A DNA stretch of 64,000 nt from a bacterium (GTDB lineage: Bacteria; Bacteroidota; Bacteroidia; CAILMK01; JACPUW01), in NCBI GenBank assembly GCA_016124515.1, contig WGNN01000081.1:153-64152 (forward strand). The letters are read 5' to 3'. A model generated the notes under the pieces. That model saw only the letters and a list, made by a program, of their open reading frames with translations, was not told where the DNA came from and did not search any database. The stretch's first letter is position 1; every line of letters starts with the position of its first letter. Position numbers and translations under genes: made by a program. Positions 1-9,100 of the stretch are shown one piece after another.

Positions 1-1
1 G

Positions 2-181
2 CAACAACCAGCTTGGTTAATCGTTTACAACTCGCTTGGACAGCAAGTAGATAGGATTAGCGTCAATTTTACTAATGGTTTAATTGAATATAATCTAGAA
101 TCCAGTGGAAATGGTTTTTACTTATTCGAATTGTATATTTCACCCAACAAGTATACTAAACAAACTGTAGTGATTAAGTAG
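2..181 (+). CDS. 3' end of a CDS entering from upstream of the window; encodes a T9SS type-A C-terminal sorting domain (Por_Secre_tail-like)
   Basis: Frame 2 is open from base 2 to TAG at 179-181. It is absent from the ORF track because it has no in-window start. The translation QQPAWLIVYNSLGQQVDRISVNFTNGLIEYNLESSGNGFYLFELYISPNKYTKQTVVIK* has the strand pattern of the T9SS CTDs seen on other proteins in this window. Confidence 0.6.
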   Translation, partial: QQPAWLIVYNSLGQQVDRISVNFTNGLIEYNLESSGNGFYLFELYISPNKYTKQTVVIK

Positions 182-812
182 GTAATTTAATTACGGCCCT
201 GCCAGCTATTTGACTTTATTTGAGTCGGAACAATGTTACAAGGTTCGGGAGCCCTTGTCGTTCTAATAATGCTTTGCAGGGCTTCCTTCTTGCTTTTACT
301 GTATCATGCAGCGCAATGGGACTCATACTTTAAATGAAACTTGTAAAAATTCCGAATACATCCAATGCATATTGACATGTCTATAAAATGTTTTGGTAGT
401 AATCGGAATCTTAGGCATTATCATTCATTTGATGTCTTCCTGTATATCCTAATGATGGATAAATAAAATTCAGCTTGGTTAATTCTAAATATGGGACTTC
501 AATTACACCAATAATCTAGTTATGATAACAATTAGAAACAATCAAAAGATAATATATTTATTCTTCTGTTAGTGAATCTTATTGGTAAAAAATCATCACT
601 AAAAGTTACTTTGGCAAAGGTACACGCCATCTGTTATTGAAACTTTGGCACTCCTTACTTATACATAAAAAAGCAACAACAATATTCATAATAATGCAGC
701 CTACTGCATTCTACCTTACCTACTTTAAAAGAGAAGCGCATTAACCCATGTCCTATTGCCTTGTAGCCTCCTGCGAGATGCGCCATACATATCCTTTGAT
801 AGCCCTTGAAAA

Positions 813-842
813 TAAAAAAAAAAGCCCCGAAAATTCGGGGCT
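813..842 (-). terminator. Rho-independent terminator downstream of the HU-like gene (hairpin is symmetric, possibly bidirectional)
   Basis: Perfect 8-bp stem AGCCCCGA (823-830) / TCGGGGCT (835-842) with loop AAAT. An A-run at 813-822 becomes a U-run on the minus-strand transcript. TTTT also follows on the plus strand. Confidence 0.8.
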
Positions 843-870
843 TTTAGTTGTGTGTGAGCAAGGGTGCCTT

Positions 871-1257
871 TTAGGCCACTTTCTCAAATGTAGCGTTGCT
901 CAAAGCATCGCGCAGCTCTTTGCCGGGTCTGAAGCGTAGGCGTACATTCACTACATTGTGCGAATCTACTTCGTCGGCAGTGACGCTTGGAGCGCTGCTG
1001 AGAGAAACTCCCAAAGAGCCCAAGCCACCAAGTTCTACAATGCGGCCCATTTGCAAATGCTCCGGCACCAACACAGTAAGGGCTTCCAAAACGGCCATAA
1101 TATCTGGTCGTGTTAATGAAGACATTCTGGAGATGCTTTTGGACAAGCCGAGCAAAGTAACTTTGCTTCTGCTGTAGGCAATGGCGTAATACTGTTTGGT
1201 TCCGCCGCCAGTTACACCAGGCTCTCCGCGTTCAATCACTCGATAAGTAATTGCCAT
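871..1257 (-). CDS. HU-like DNA-binding protein, Bacteroidota HU_HIG type
   Basis: 128-aa ORF. MAITYRVIERGEPGVTGGGTKQYYAIAYSRSKVTLLGLSKSISRMSSLTRPDIMAVLEAL...GRIVELGGLGSLGVSL matches the pattern of Bacteroides-type histone-like proteins. It is visibly GC-richer than its flanks and is followed by a strong terminator. Confidence 0.75.
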   Translation of the reverse strand: MAITYRVIERGEPGVTGGGTKQYYAIAYSRSKVTLLGLSKSISRMSSLTRPDIMAVLEALTVLVPEHLQMGRIVELGGLGSLGVSLSSAPSVTADEVDSHNVVNVRLRFRPGKELRDALSNATFEKVA

Positions 1258-1428
1258 AACTTTGGTTTTTAATGGGTTAGAAGAAAAGGTAATACAAAAT
1301 GAACGTCATTAGTTTTTGCATTAGCCTTTGGCTATGGCTCCAATAACTGTTTTTAACTAATAATATACACTTAAAACAACATGCGCTTTACCGCATAACC
1401 CTAGTGTAATGATTTATTTAAAAGTGAA

Positions 1429-1746
1429 CTAATTTGGGGTATAAGTCCAGTTAAATGGCTTAGCCCTTGTTTTGCTGTAAGTGTCAATGTATTCAATGAT
1501 TTGATCCACCATTTGTTTTTTAGAATGCCAAATTGCGCCTTTCAGAACATCCTTTGAAACTATGTTAAACCAGATTTCTATTTGGTTAAGCCACGATGAA
1601 TAGGTGGGGGTAAAATGCATGTAGCAGCAAACCTTTACTTCATAGAGCATAAGGCAGCCTGTCTTTGAATTGCCATCATTAATACCCGGATTATTCTTGC
1701 TTAAAAAATGCTGTATTTCACTGTAATACCATATACTACACACCAC
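1429..1746 (-). mobile_element. Relic of an IS630-family (Tc1/mariner-type DDE) transposase gene; only the C-terminal portion survives
   Basis: The last ~65 aa of the 105-aa ORF read MHFTPTYSSWLNQIEIWFNIVSKDVLKGAIWHSKKQMVDQIIEYIDTYSKTRAKPFNWTY. This is the HFTPT..SWLN.[IV]E.[WF]F...PF.WT block of IS630-family transposases. The N-terminal ~250 aa of a full transposase are missing and no terminal inverted repeats were identified. Confidence 0.7.
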
Positions 1747-1791
1747 GCATCAAGCGTTTCTGCTTGGCGGTGGTAAACTTTTGTGTGGTTG

Positions 1792-2478
1792 TTAGCAAGC
1801 CATATTATTGTCCAATCTTTTTAAAACTTCATTTTTATATGTTTCGCTGATGGGAATTTTTGCCTTGCCAATGGTCAATTCGCTGCTTGTGAAACTTATT
1901 ATATTCTCTGCATTTACAATAAATGATTTATGTACCTGAATAAAATGCCCAGGCAATTTGTCAAGAGCTTCCTGAATAGTTTCCCGAGCCAAAATCCTTT
2001 GTGTTGTACAATGGTAGCTCATATAATTCCCATCCTTTTCCAAAAACAATATGGCCTTACTTTCGAGCCTATAGGTCTCAAAACCACTTTTAACAATAAC
2101 AACTGCGTTTTGCTTGTTTATTGATTTTGTATTAGAGGTCAAAACCCTGCTCATTGATTTTGTGAATCGCTCAAAACTTATGGGCTTTACGAGATAATCC
2201 AAAGCCCGTATTTCATAGCTTTCCACAGCATACTCAGAATAAGCGGTGGTAAATATTACTTTCAAATTTTCGGGTAGCATTTTTGACAGAGATATCCCTG
2301 AAATATGCGGCATATTGATGTCCAGCAAAACCAAATCAACCGAATTTTTTGATATAAACTCAAAGGCTTTCAATCCATTTCTAAACGTAGCCACAAGTTC
2401 CAAACTACTGAAATGAGTCAAATATGATTTCAGCAAATCAATTGCTTTGGGTTCGTCATCAACTATTATTACTTTCAT
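1792..2478 (-). CDS. LytTR-family two-component response regulator (receiver + LytTR DNA-binding domain)
   Basis: 228 aa. The receiver reads MKVIIVDDEP...DLVLLDINMP...LKVIFTTAY. A C-terminal LytTR-type domain follows. Its start overlaps the upstream kinase gene by 4 nt. Confidence 0.9.
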   Translation of the reverse strand: MKVIIVDDEPKAIDLLKSYLTHFSSLELVATFRNGLKAFEFISKNSVDLVLLDINMPHISGISLSKMLPENLKVIFTTAYSEYAVESYEIRALDYLVKPISFERFTKSMSRVLTSNTKSINKQNAVVIVKSGFETYRLESKAILFLEKDGNYMSYHCTTQRILARETIQEALDKLPGHFIQVHKSFIVNAENIISFTSSELTIGKAKIPISETYKNEVLKRLDNNMAC

Positions 2479-3518
2479 TGGGTATATATGGTTAAATGAA
2501 CTGTATAATCATCTGAATTTATAATTTGCAAATGGTGTCTGTCAGGATATATTAGTTCCAATCGTTTTTTGGTAGTTTCTACACCCAAACCGCTACCGTT
2601 TATATTGCTTATCATTTTCTTGTTTTTTATTTTAAAACGCACCGAATTGGCTTTAGATAAATCAAATTCTATATCAATTGTTGCCGTTTTTTCGGGTTCA
2701 GTGCCATATTTGAAGGCGTTTTCGACAAAGGGAATAAAAAGTCCGGGCTCTATTTTTTGTTTATCAAAACCACCACTTACCATAAACCGAATTATTACTT
2801 CTCCATCTTCGAAGCGCAACTTTTGCAGTTCAATATAATTTTTCAGAAATTTAATTTCCTTAGAAACCACTATTTTCTCTGTTTTATTATCTTCAATAAC
2901 AAATCGTAAAAGTTGCGATAATTTATCAAAAGAATTTACAAGTTTTACATTGTTTGAGGCGCTTGCCAAGGACATCAAATTGTTCAACGCATTAAACAAA
3001 AAGTGGGGTTGCAATTGGTTGCGCAGTAAGTTTAGCTCTGCTTGCTTCTTATCAATTATTAGCTGTTGGTGTCGTTGTGCATCAAAAACCGACTTTTTTA
3101 TAAAACCATAGGCCAATGCTATGGCAAAGTAAAAAAAAGCAATACCAAAGGCGATTTGTTTAGGAATAGGTGGTGCCGATCCAAAAAATCGCAGCTCGGT
3201 AACAGTGTATATCAAAGCAGTTAGGCATACGAAAGTGAAGATAAGAAACCAAATCAAGCCTTTTGTACGCTGCCTATCACTGTTGCTCATAATCAACCAA
3301 ACAGAAGTGTAAAAGGCAATTAGCGAGATAAAAATACAAATGAGTAGTTGATAGACAATACCCGTATTCCTAAGAATTTTTACCGTTTCAACACCGTCGA
3401 TAAGTTCAATTTCATGTGCTTGTATAGAAAAACCCGAAGCTATTAGCCAAGCGGAACCGCTCCAAAAAAGTATATGCGCAACAACTTCCAACCACTTTCT
3501 CATAAACCAAAAATACAA
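2475..3518 (-). CDS. Sensor histidine kinase, LytS/YehU type (His_kinase PF06580-like)
   Basis: 347 aa. It has several N-terminal TM segments, the signature LQPHFLFNALNNL H-box region and a C-terminal ATPase region (GLGVETTKKRLELIY). It is translationally coupled to the LytTR regulator. Confidence 0.85.
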   Translation of the reverse strand: MYFWFMRKWLEVVAHILFWSGSAWLIASGFSIQAHEIELIDGVETVKILRNTGIVYQLLICIFISLIAFYTSVWLIMSNSDRQRTKGLIWFLIFTFVCLTALIYTVTELRFFGSAPPIPKQIAFGIAFFYFAIALAYGFIKKSVFDAQRHQQLIIDKKQAELNLLRNQLQPHFLFNALNNLMSLASASNNVKLVNSFDKLSQLLRFVIEDNKTEKIVVSKEIKFLKNYIELQKLRFEDGEVIIRFMVSGGFDKQKIEPGLFIPFVENAFKYGTEPEKTATIDIEFDLSKANSVRFKIKNKKMISNINGSGLGVETTKKRLELIYPDRHHLQIINSDDYTVHLTIYTQ

Positions 3519-3701
3519 TGGGATGGTTATAGCTTGTGTACGGTGTTATAAATGCCCGGTTTGATGGTACAAAATGGCTGAAAAAGCGTACGTACCTTTT
3601 TTGCACGGGTACATACCATGTCTAAGCCAATTCACAACTTCCTATAAAACATAGTTTGAATAGTTGCTAAACTCGTGGTTGCTGAACCTAAAAATGCTAA
3701 A

Positions 3702-5120
3702 ATGAAATATCCGCTATTTATTATTCTTGTATCCACTCTATTGGCTGCGTGCAGTGGACCAACCAAACCTTCGTCAAACAATTTGATGTGGAGCGATATC
3801 AGCCAAAAAACAGATGAATTGGTTGATGACTATATTGATTTAGGTATTTTTTCGGGTGTAGTACTTATATGCGAAAACGGCAATCCAATTTACCGGAAAG
3901 CATTTGGCTTGGCCGACAGAGAAAATAACATTGCCAATACCCTACAAACAAGGTTTGTGATTGGCAGTATGAATAAATCGTTTACGCACGCCATCATTTT
4001 GCAATTGATTGATGAAGGCAAATTGAAATTTTCAGATAAAATGGTGGATTATCTCAACGGATTTCAGCAACAAGATGCTGATAAAATCACCATTAAACAA
4101 TTGGTGGACCATACTTCAGGATTCGGCGACTACCACAGCCCACAATTTTTTAATTTGCCATACTCCGAAAAAAACATTCAGGGAATTTTGCCACTCATTA
4201 AAGAAATGGATTTGAATTTTGAGCCCGGAACAGAAAACGAATATTCCAATGCGGGATATATTATTTTAGGAGCCATTATTGAAAAGGTAACAACTAAAAC
4301 GTATGCTGAAAATATTGAAGAACGAATAAAGAAACCCCTACAACTTCATTCATTGGTTACTAAAAACATAAAAAACATTCCTAACAGAGCCATTGGTTAT
4401 ATGAAAACCATTGAAGGATATGAGGACAATGAAAATGTAGTTTTTGAACCAAAATCAGATGGTGGTTGCTATGCCACCGCAGCAGATATGATGAAGTTTT
4501 ACAGGGCTTATTTGTATGGAGATACTTTGTTTAGCGAAAAGGTAAAAGATGAAGATGGATTTTTCAGACAAATAAAACCGATTTACCAACAAAAAGGGGC
4601 GGGCATTCCCTTGGCAGGAGGTTTTAACGGGGCCAACACGGTGCATCTTGAAATGTTGGCGCAACATATTAGTATTGTGGTTTTTGCCAATATGGACGAA
4701 CCGGTAGCAGAGAAAATTGCTTTTGGAATACATAAAATAATTAATGGAGAAGCACCCGAAATACCACAGCTTCCCACACTTCTTTATGTTTATCAAGCCT
4801 ATCAAAAAAACGGAATTGGCTTTGTGAAAAACAATTTTGAAACCCTTACAAACAATTGGCTTGAAAATGATCCAAAAGACCTGATACTAAATAATTTGGG
4901 TTATGATTTAATGTTTAATGACAAGCTGGATGAGGCGCTTGAGATGTTCAAACTCAACACAGAATTATTCCCAAACATTGGCAATTGCTGGGACAGCTAC
5001 GGTGAAGTTTTATGGAAGAAAGGACTGAACAAGGAAGCATTGGCTGCCTATAAAAAGGCCTTGGAAATCAATCCAAATATTCCATCAGCAAAAAAGGCTG
5101 TGGAAGAATTGAGTAAGTAA
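3702..5120 (+). CDS. Beta-lactamase-fold serine hydrolase lipoprotein with C-terminal TPR repeats
   Basis: The ORF opens at GTG 3675, but ATG 3702 gives the lipoprotein signal MKYPLFIILVSTLLAAC. It has the SxxK motif (GSMNKSF) and a YSNAGY motif. The C-terminus NCWDSYGEVLWKKGLNKEALAAYKKALEINPN is TPR-like. Confidence 0.8.
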   Translation: MKYPLFIILVSTLLAACSGPTKPSSNNLMWSDISQKTDELVDDYIDLGIFSGVVLICENGNPIYRKAFGLADRENNIANTLQTRFVIGSMNKSFTHAIILQLIDEGKLKFSDKMVDYLNGFQQQDADKITIKQLVDHTSGFGDYHSPQFFNLPYSEKNIQGILPLIKEMDLNFEPGTENEYSNAGYIILGAIIEKVTTKTYAENIEERIKKPLQLHSLVTKNIKNIPNRAIGYMKTIEGYEDNENVVFEPKSDGGCYATAADMMKFYRAYLYGDTLFSEKVKDEDGFFRQIKPIYQQKGAGIPLAGGFNGANTVHLEMLAQHISIVVFANMDEPVAEKIAFGIHKIINGEAPEIPQLPTLLYVYQAYQKNGIGFVKNNFETLTNNWLENDPKDLILNNLGYDLMFNDKLDEALEMFKLNTELFPNIGNCWDSYGEVLWKKGLNKEALAAYKKALEINPNIPSAKKAVEELSK

Positions 5121-5580
5121 CTAAAGTTTCTGAGTTCAATACGTGTCTGTTATTCAGGCTATTACGCAACTTCTCCGCACTTAAACCATCACCTATCAGC
5201 ATCAATTACAATAAGATACAGACTGGATGGAATTCTGACTTGAATTATTATTTTTCCAATGTCAAATTTTGAGCTTACCGTCTGAAAGTTGTGCTCGTTG
5301 CTCCTTTATTGTACTTTTTATGCGCCACGGTCAGTTTGTTTTTATAGGTGCTTATGAATGCTGAAGCATTTGCTTGACCAAAAAGCACCAAAAAGTCAAG
5401 GCTTGTTTTCTTTTCTTAACGCTCCTAAATAATCGAAATTCCTGAACTAAGGAAAAGAGCCAGGATAATTGCATAAAACATCCTTATTGACGAAAGCAGA
5501 GGAATTTTGAGTACCTTATAATACACGAGCTATCGAATTTGGTTTAGTGTCTATCAGAGTTTAGAGAGAAATATTATTGT

Positions 5581-5838
5581 TTACTCCGAAACTTCAGTTA
5601 AATAATCTCCGTATCCGCTTTTATAGTCAAAATCTGATGGTACTTTAACACCTGTCCGCATACTTTTTACAAATGCGGAAATCTCAATATCAATGTCAGA
5701 ATCCGGCTTTTCTTTATCTATCAATGTTTTTAAATAAGACTCAATTAATCGAGAAAGACTCCTTTTATGAGATGACGCATATTCCTTAGCCTTCTCTATC
5801 ACATGCTTATCCAGTTTCAATGTTAATTTGGCATCCAT
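5581..5838 (-). CDS. DUF6364-type antitoxin-like protein (ribbon-helix-helix-like), no cognate toxin gene adjacent
   Basis: 85 aa. MDAKLTLKLDKHVIEKAKEYASSHKRSLSRLIESYLKTL... and the C-terminal ...DFDYKSGYGDYL match the DUF6364 pattern, which is usually paired with a PIN/VapC toxin. Confidence 0.65.
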   Translation of the reverse strand: MDAKLTLKLDKHVIEKAKEYASSHKRSLSRLIESYLKTLIDKEKPDSDIDIEISAFVKSMRTGVKVPSDFDYKSGYGDYLTEVSE

Positions 5839-6139
5839 AACTATCTAAATAACACGTACGAATATATTGATATAACCCGTACTGCATAAGTAATTTGCTC
5901 ATAGGATAATTTACGCTTCACTCTTCAATACACCAAGCTCAGAACGCCGCATTTCCTTTAGCGGGTTGATTCACCTTCCAACATAACCATACCTCCTTTT
6001 CATAAGCATTCATTTGTTTCAAAACAAACATGCACAAAAAAGCAAACCACAGCACAACCATCATTGCTTGCAATAGCACTTGCTAGATATTTTCTAAATT
6101 GCTTTGAAATAGAAGTGCTGCCACTACCCTGTTTAGCAT

Positions 6140-6167
6140 AAAAAAACCCGGCTTTCGCCGGGTTTTC
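6140..6167 (-). terminator. Rho-independent terminator of giant paralogue 1
   Basis: Stem ACCCGGC (6146-6152) / GCCGGGT (6157-6163) with loop TTTC. The preceding A-run on the plus strand becomes a U7 tract on the minus-strand transcript, 25 nt after the stop. Confidence 0.8.
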
Positions 6168-6191
6168 TATTTATTCATACAGTTTGAAAAT

Positions 6192-9100
6192 CTATTGTGC
6201 TATCACAATTTGTTTTACAACCTGTGCATCGTCATGCGCTATTTGCAGGTAGTAAGTACCTGATGAAAGGGCTGACAGGTCAACAATGAATTTGCCATTG
6301 CTTACCACAAAATTTCCGGCATTGTAGATTTCACGTCCGGCAAGGTCAAGAACCCTCAGCTGAGCTGAAGCACCATTGTCGAGCGAAGTAGCTACGTTGA
6401 AACTACCGGTACTTGGATTTGGATATACTACAAAACCATCGTTTGGTACTTCGCCAATTCCGGTACCATCTTCCATTACTATTACCAAGCGGGTAAGCAC
6501 GGTTGATGTGTTGTTTGACGGATCCATTGCCATGTAGGTTATGGTGTAGGCACCTTCTGATTGTGTATTTACAAAAGTGCCACCGGTGTCAACTGTCAGG
6601 TCTGCCACAGCATAGTAGTTGTCGCTCACTTCCACTCCGGCATCCATGTATTTAGACCAGCGTGCCACAGTGTCAATCCAGTTGCCTTTCATTTTAATAA
6701 GAGGCGCTTCGGTATCAACCACTTTGATGTAGCGTACTACTGAATCCATGTTTCCGGCATTGTCGGTCACCGTATATACTTGGGTAAACATTCCGAGCAT
6801 ATCGGCTGTGCCATCCCAGGTTCCGGTGGTTTTTTCGGTGTAAGCATCGTTTTCTACCACGTTGTATCCATCGTCTTTATAGAAACTATATACTTCTACT
6901 TCTACAGTGTCGTCGCCTATAAGGCTTATCATTGGCGCAATGGTATCCATTACTATTACAGTTCGGTCTATACAAACCGGACCGTTACCGCTTTTGTCTG
7001 TGGTACAGTAATTTACCGTATAAACACCCAGCATTGCCGTATCCACCGGATTGGTGGTAACCACACTCATTGTAGTGTCGTAGTTGTCCATGGCATCTAC
7101 GCCGAATTCGGTGTAGTGGGTATAGATTTGAACATATACGGTGTCATCACCTTTCAGGCTAATGGTTGGATCAACTGCATCATACACATAAATGGTTCTT
7201 GTAGCGCTGGTAGTGTTACCGCTTTTGTCTGAAACGGTGTAAGTGATTTTGTAAACACCTACCATTTTCTCGTTGAGTGTACTGGTAACTTGTACCGCAC
7301 TTGTCAGGTTGCTGTCCACAAGGTCAAAGGCGCTGTATCCGGGCTCAGTCCAAGTAGAGTTTACCGGTATTGAGTCGGTGATTTTGCCCATCAGGGTGAG
7401 CATTGGTGGGGTGTTGTCGTCTTTGAGTATTACTACTGTGTAGTCTTCAAACTCGCCAAATTGATGAGGTCCGCAAGCTACATTTTTCAAGGTTTTGTAG
7501 TTAACTGCTACGCGCATGCGGGTTTTGCCTGCCTTGGCCATTGGATTTACAGTAATCGAGTCGGTGAGTTTCATAGTGGTATCAGCACTTTCGTAGACTA
7601 CCAATTCACCGGCGTCGTCAAAGTCGCCGTCAATGTTCCAGTCAATCCACACCTTGCGGCTCATGGGTTTGTTGTTGGTTTTTCTCTCAACAGTTAATGG
7701 GTAGGTATGGCCACGCTCTACTGTGGTTGACATATAGAGGAAGTCGTTGTAACCATTTTTACCTACGCTGCTTGCATTGTCAATGTTACCAAATTCAACA
7801 CGGCTTATGGCCACGTCGGCATCAAGGCTTATAACAGTTGGCTTGCAGTAGTCGAGCACTTGTATGTAGTTTACTTTGGTGGTTGAGTCATCGCCGGCAG
7901 GATTTGATTTTACCACTTTCACGGTGTAAAATCCGCCTCTTGTGAACACTACATCTATATACTCATCGCTGAGTTTGCCATTGTTCATAAGGAAGTAATT
8001 GGCCGGGGTAATTTCCCAACGGGTACCTGATGCACAATAGTTGGCGGTGCTGGTAAGGGTTACAGTATCGCCTGCCGATACTACGGTAGCGCTGGCGCTG
8101 AAGTCTGGTTTAGCTGTTTTCTTAGCGTTTTCAACCACTACAATTTTCATGGTTGAGTCTTTTGGCGCACACAGGCTTTGGGCATATAGCCAAATGGTGT
8201 CTGTGCCCGCAGTACCAAAGGTGTAGCTTACCTGATCGCCGCTGGCATCCATTTTTCCATCGCCGTTCAAATCCCAGTCAACGTAGCTGTAGTTGCCGGT
8301 TGATGCATTTGAAAGAACGGTTGGGAAGCCTAAGCAAACGGTATCGGGAGCTGAAATAGCTGCGGTTGGTGCCGACCATGTAACAGGAGTGTACTCCCAG
8401 TTGATGGCAAATCCTTTGCCCAAGGTAGAGCTGCTGTTGTCGCTGGTAAACACAAAGTACGCCGATCCTGACTTGGCAGTGAATGAAAGATTCACGCTGT
8501 TGTCGTTTTTGTTTCCGTTCATACCATCAGGATATTTCTTGGCATCCCAAAGGGGTGTTCCTGACTCATCTTCGCCATCATAAATTTTCAGGTAATCGCC
8601 ATCGCCCACATCGAATTGGGTAATGTCAAAGTCAATTTCGCCGTAGCATGATGAGATGAGGTAGGTACATTTACTCAAGCCATTGAGGTTGGGCGAGTAT
8701 GAACCATCAGGACCTCCATTGTCGTAAAGTGTTCCGAACTTGCCATCGGTATAGCTTGGTATATCGCACATTTTTGAGCGCTGACGTACTTTTATGTAAG
8801 CTGTTCTTTCCAAAGAGTCGGAGCCGTAAGGGTTGGCGGCTTTCAACTTCACTTTGTACAAACCGGGGTATTGGAAGTACAATTTTGGATTTGCTGATAG
8901 TGAATCAGTACCTGATACGAACCAATAAGTACGGTCCCAAATCAATAGGAATGGTACGTACACCACTTTTGGCGAAATGTCCCAATACCATTGGGTGGCA
9001 CCGTTTTCGGTCAAATCCAAGAGTGATAACACATCACCTGTATAAACGTCGCGCGATGAAGCGCTGAAGTCAACTTTTGGTGCGCGGATAATTCGACTTA

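Noticed and set aside
748-1177. Plus-strand ORFs 748-939 and 896-1177 overlapping the HU-like gene and its terminator.
   Set aside because: They run through the terminator hairpin or lie antisense to the HU-like CDS, which has a clear family signature. Their translations have no features.
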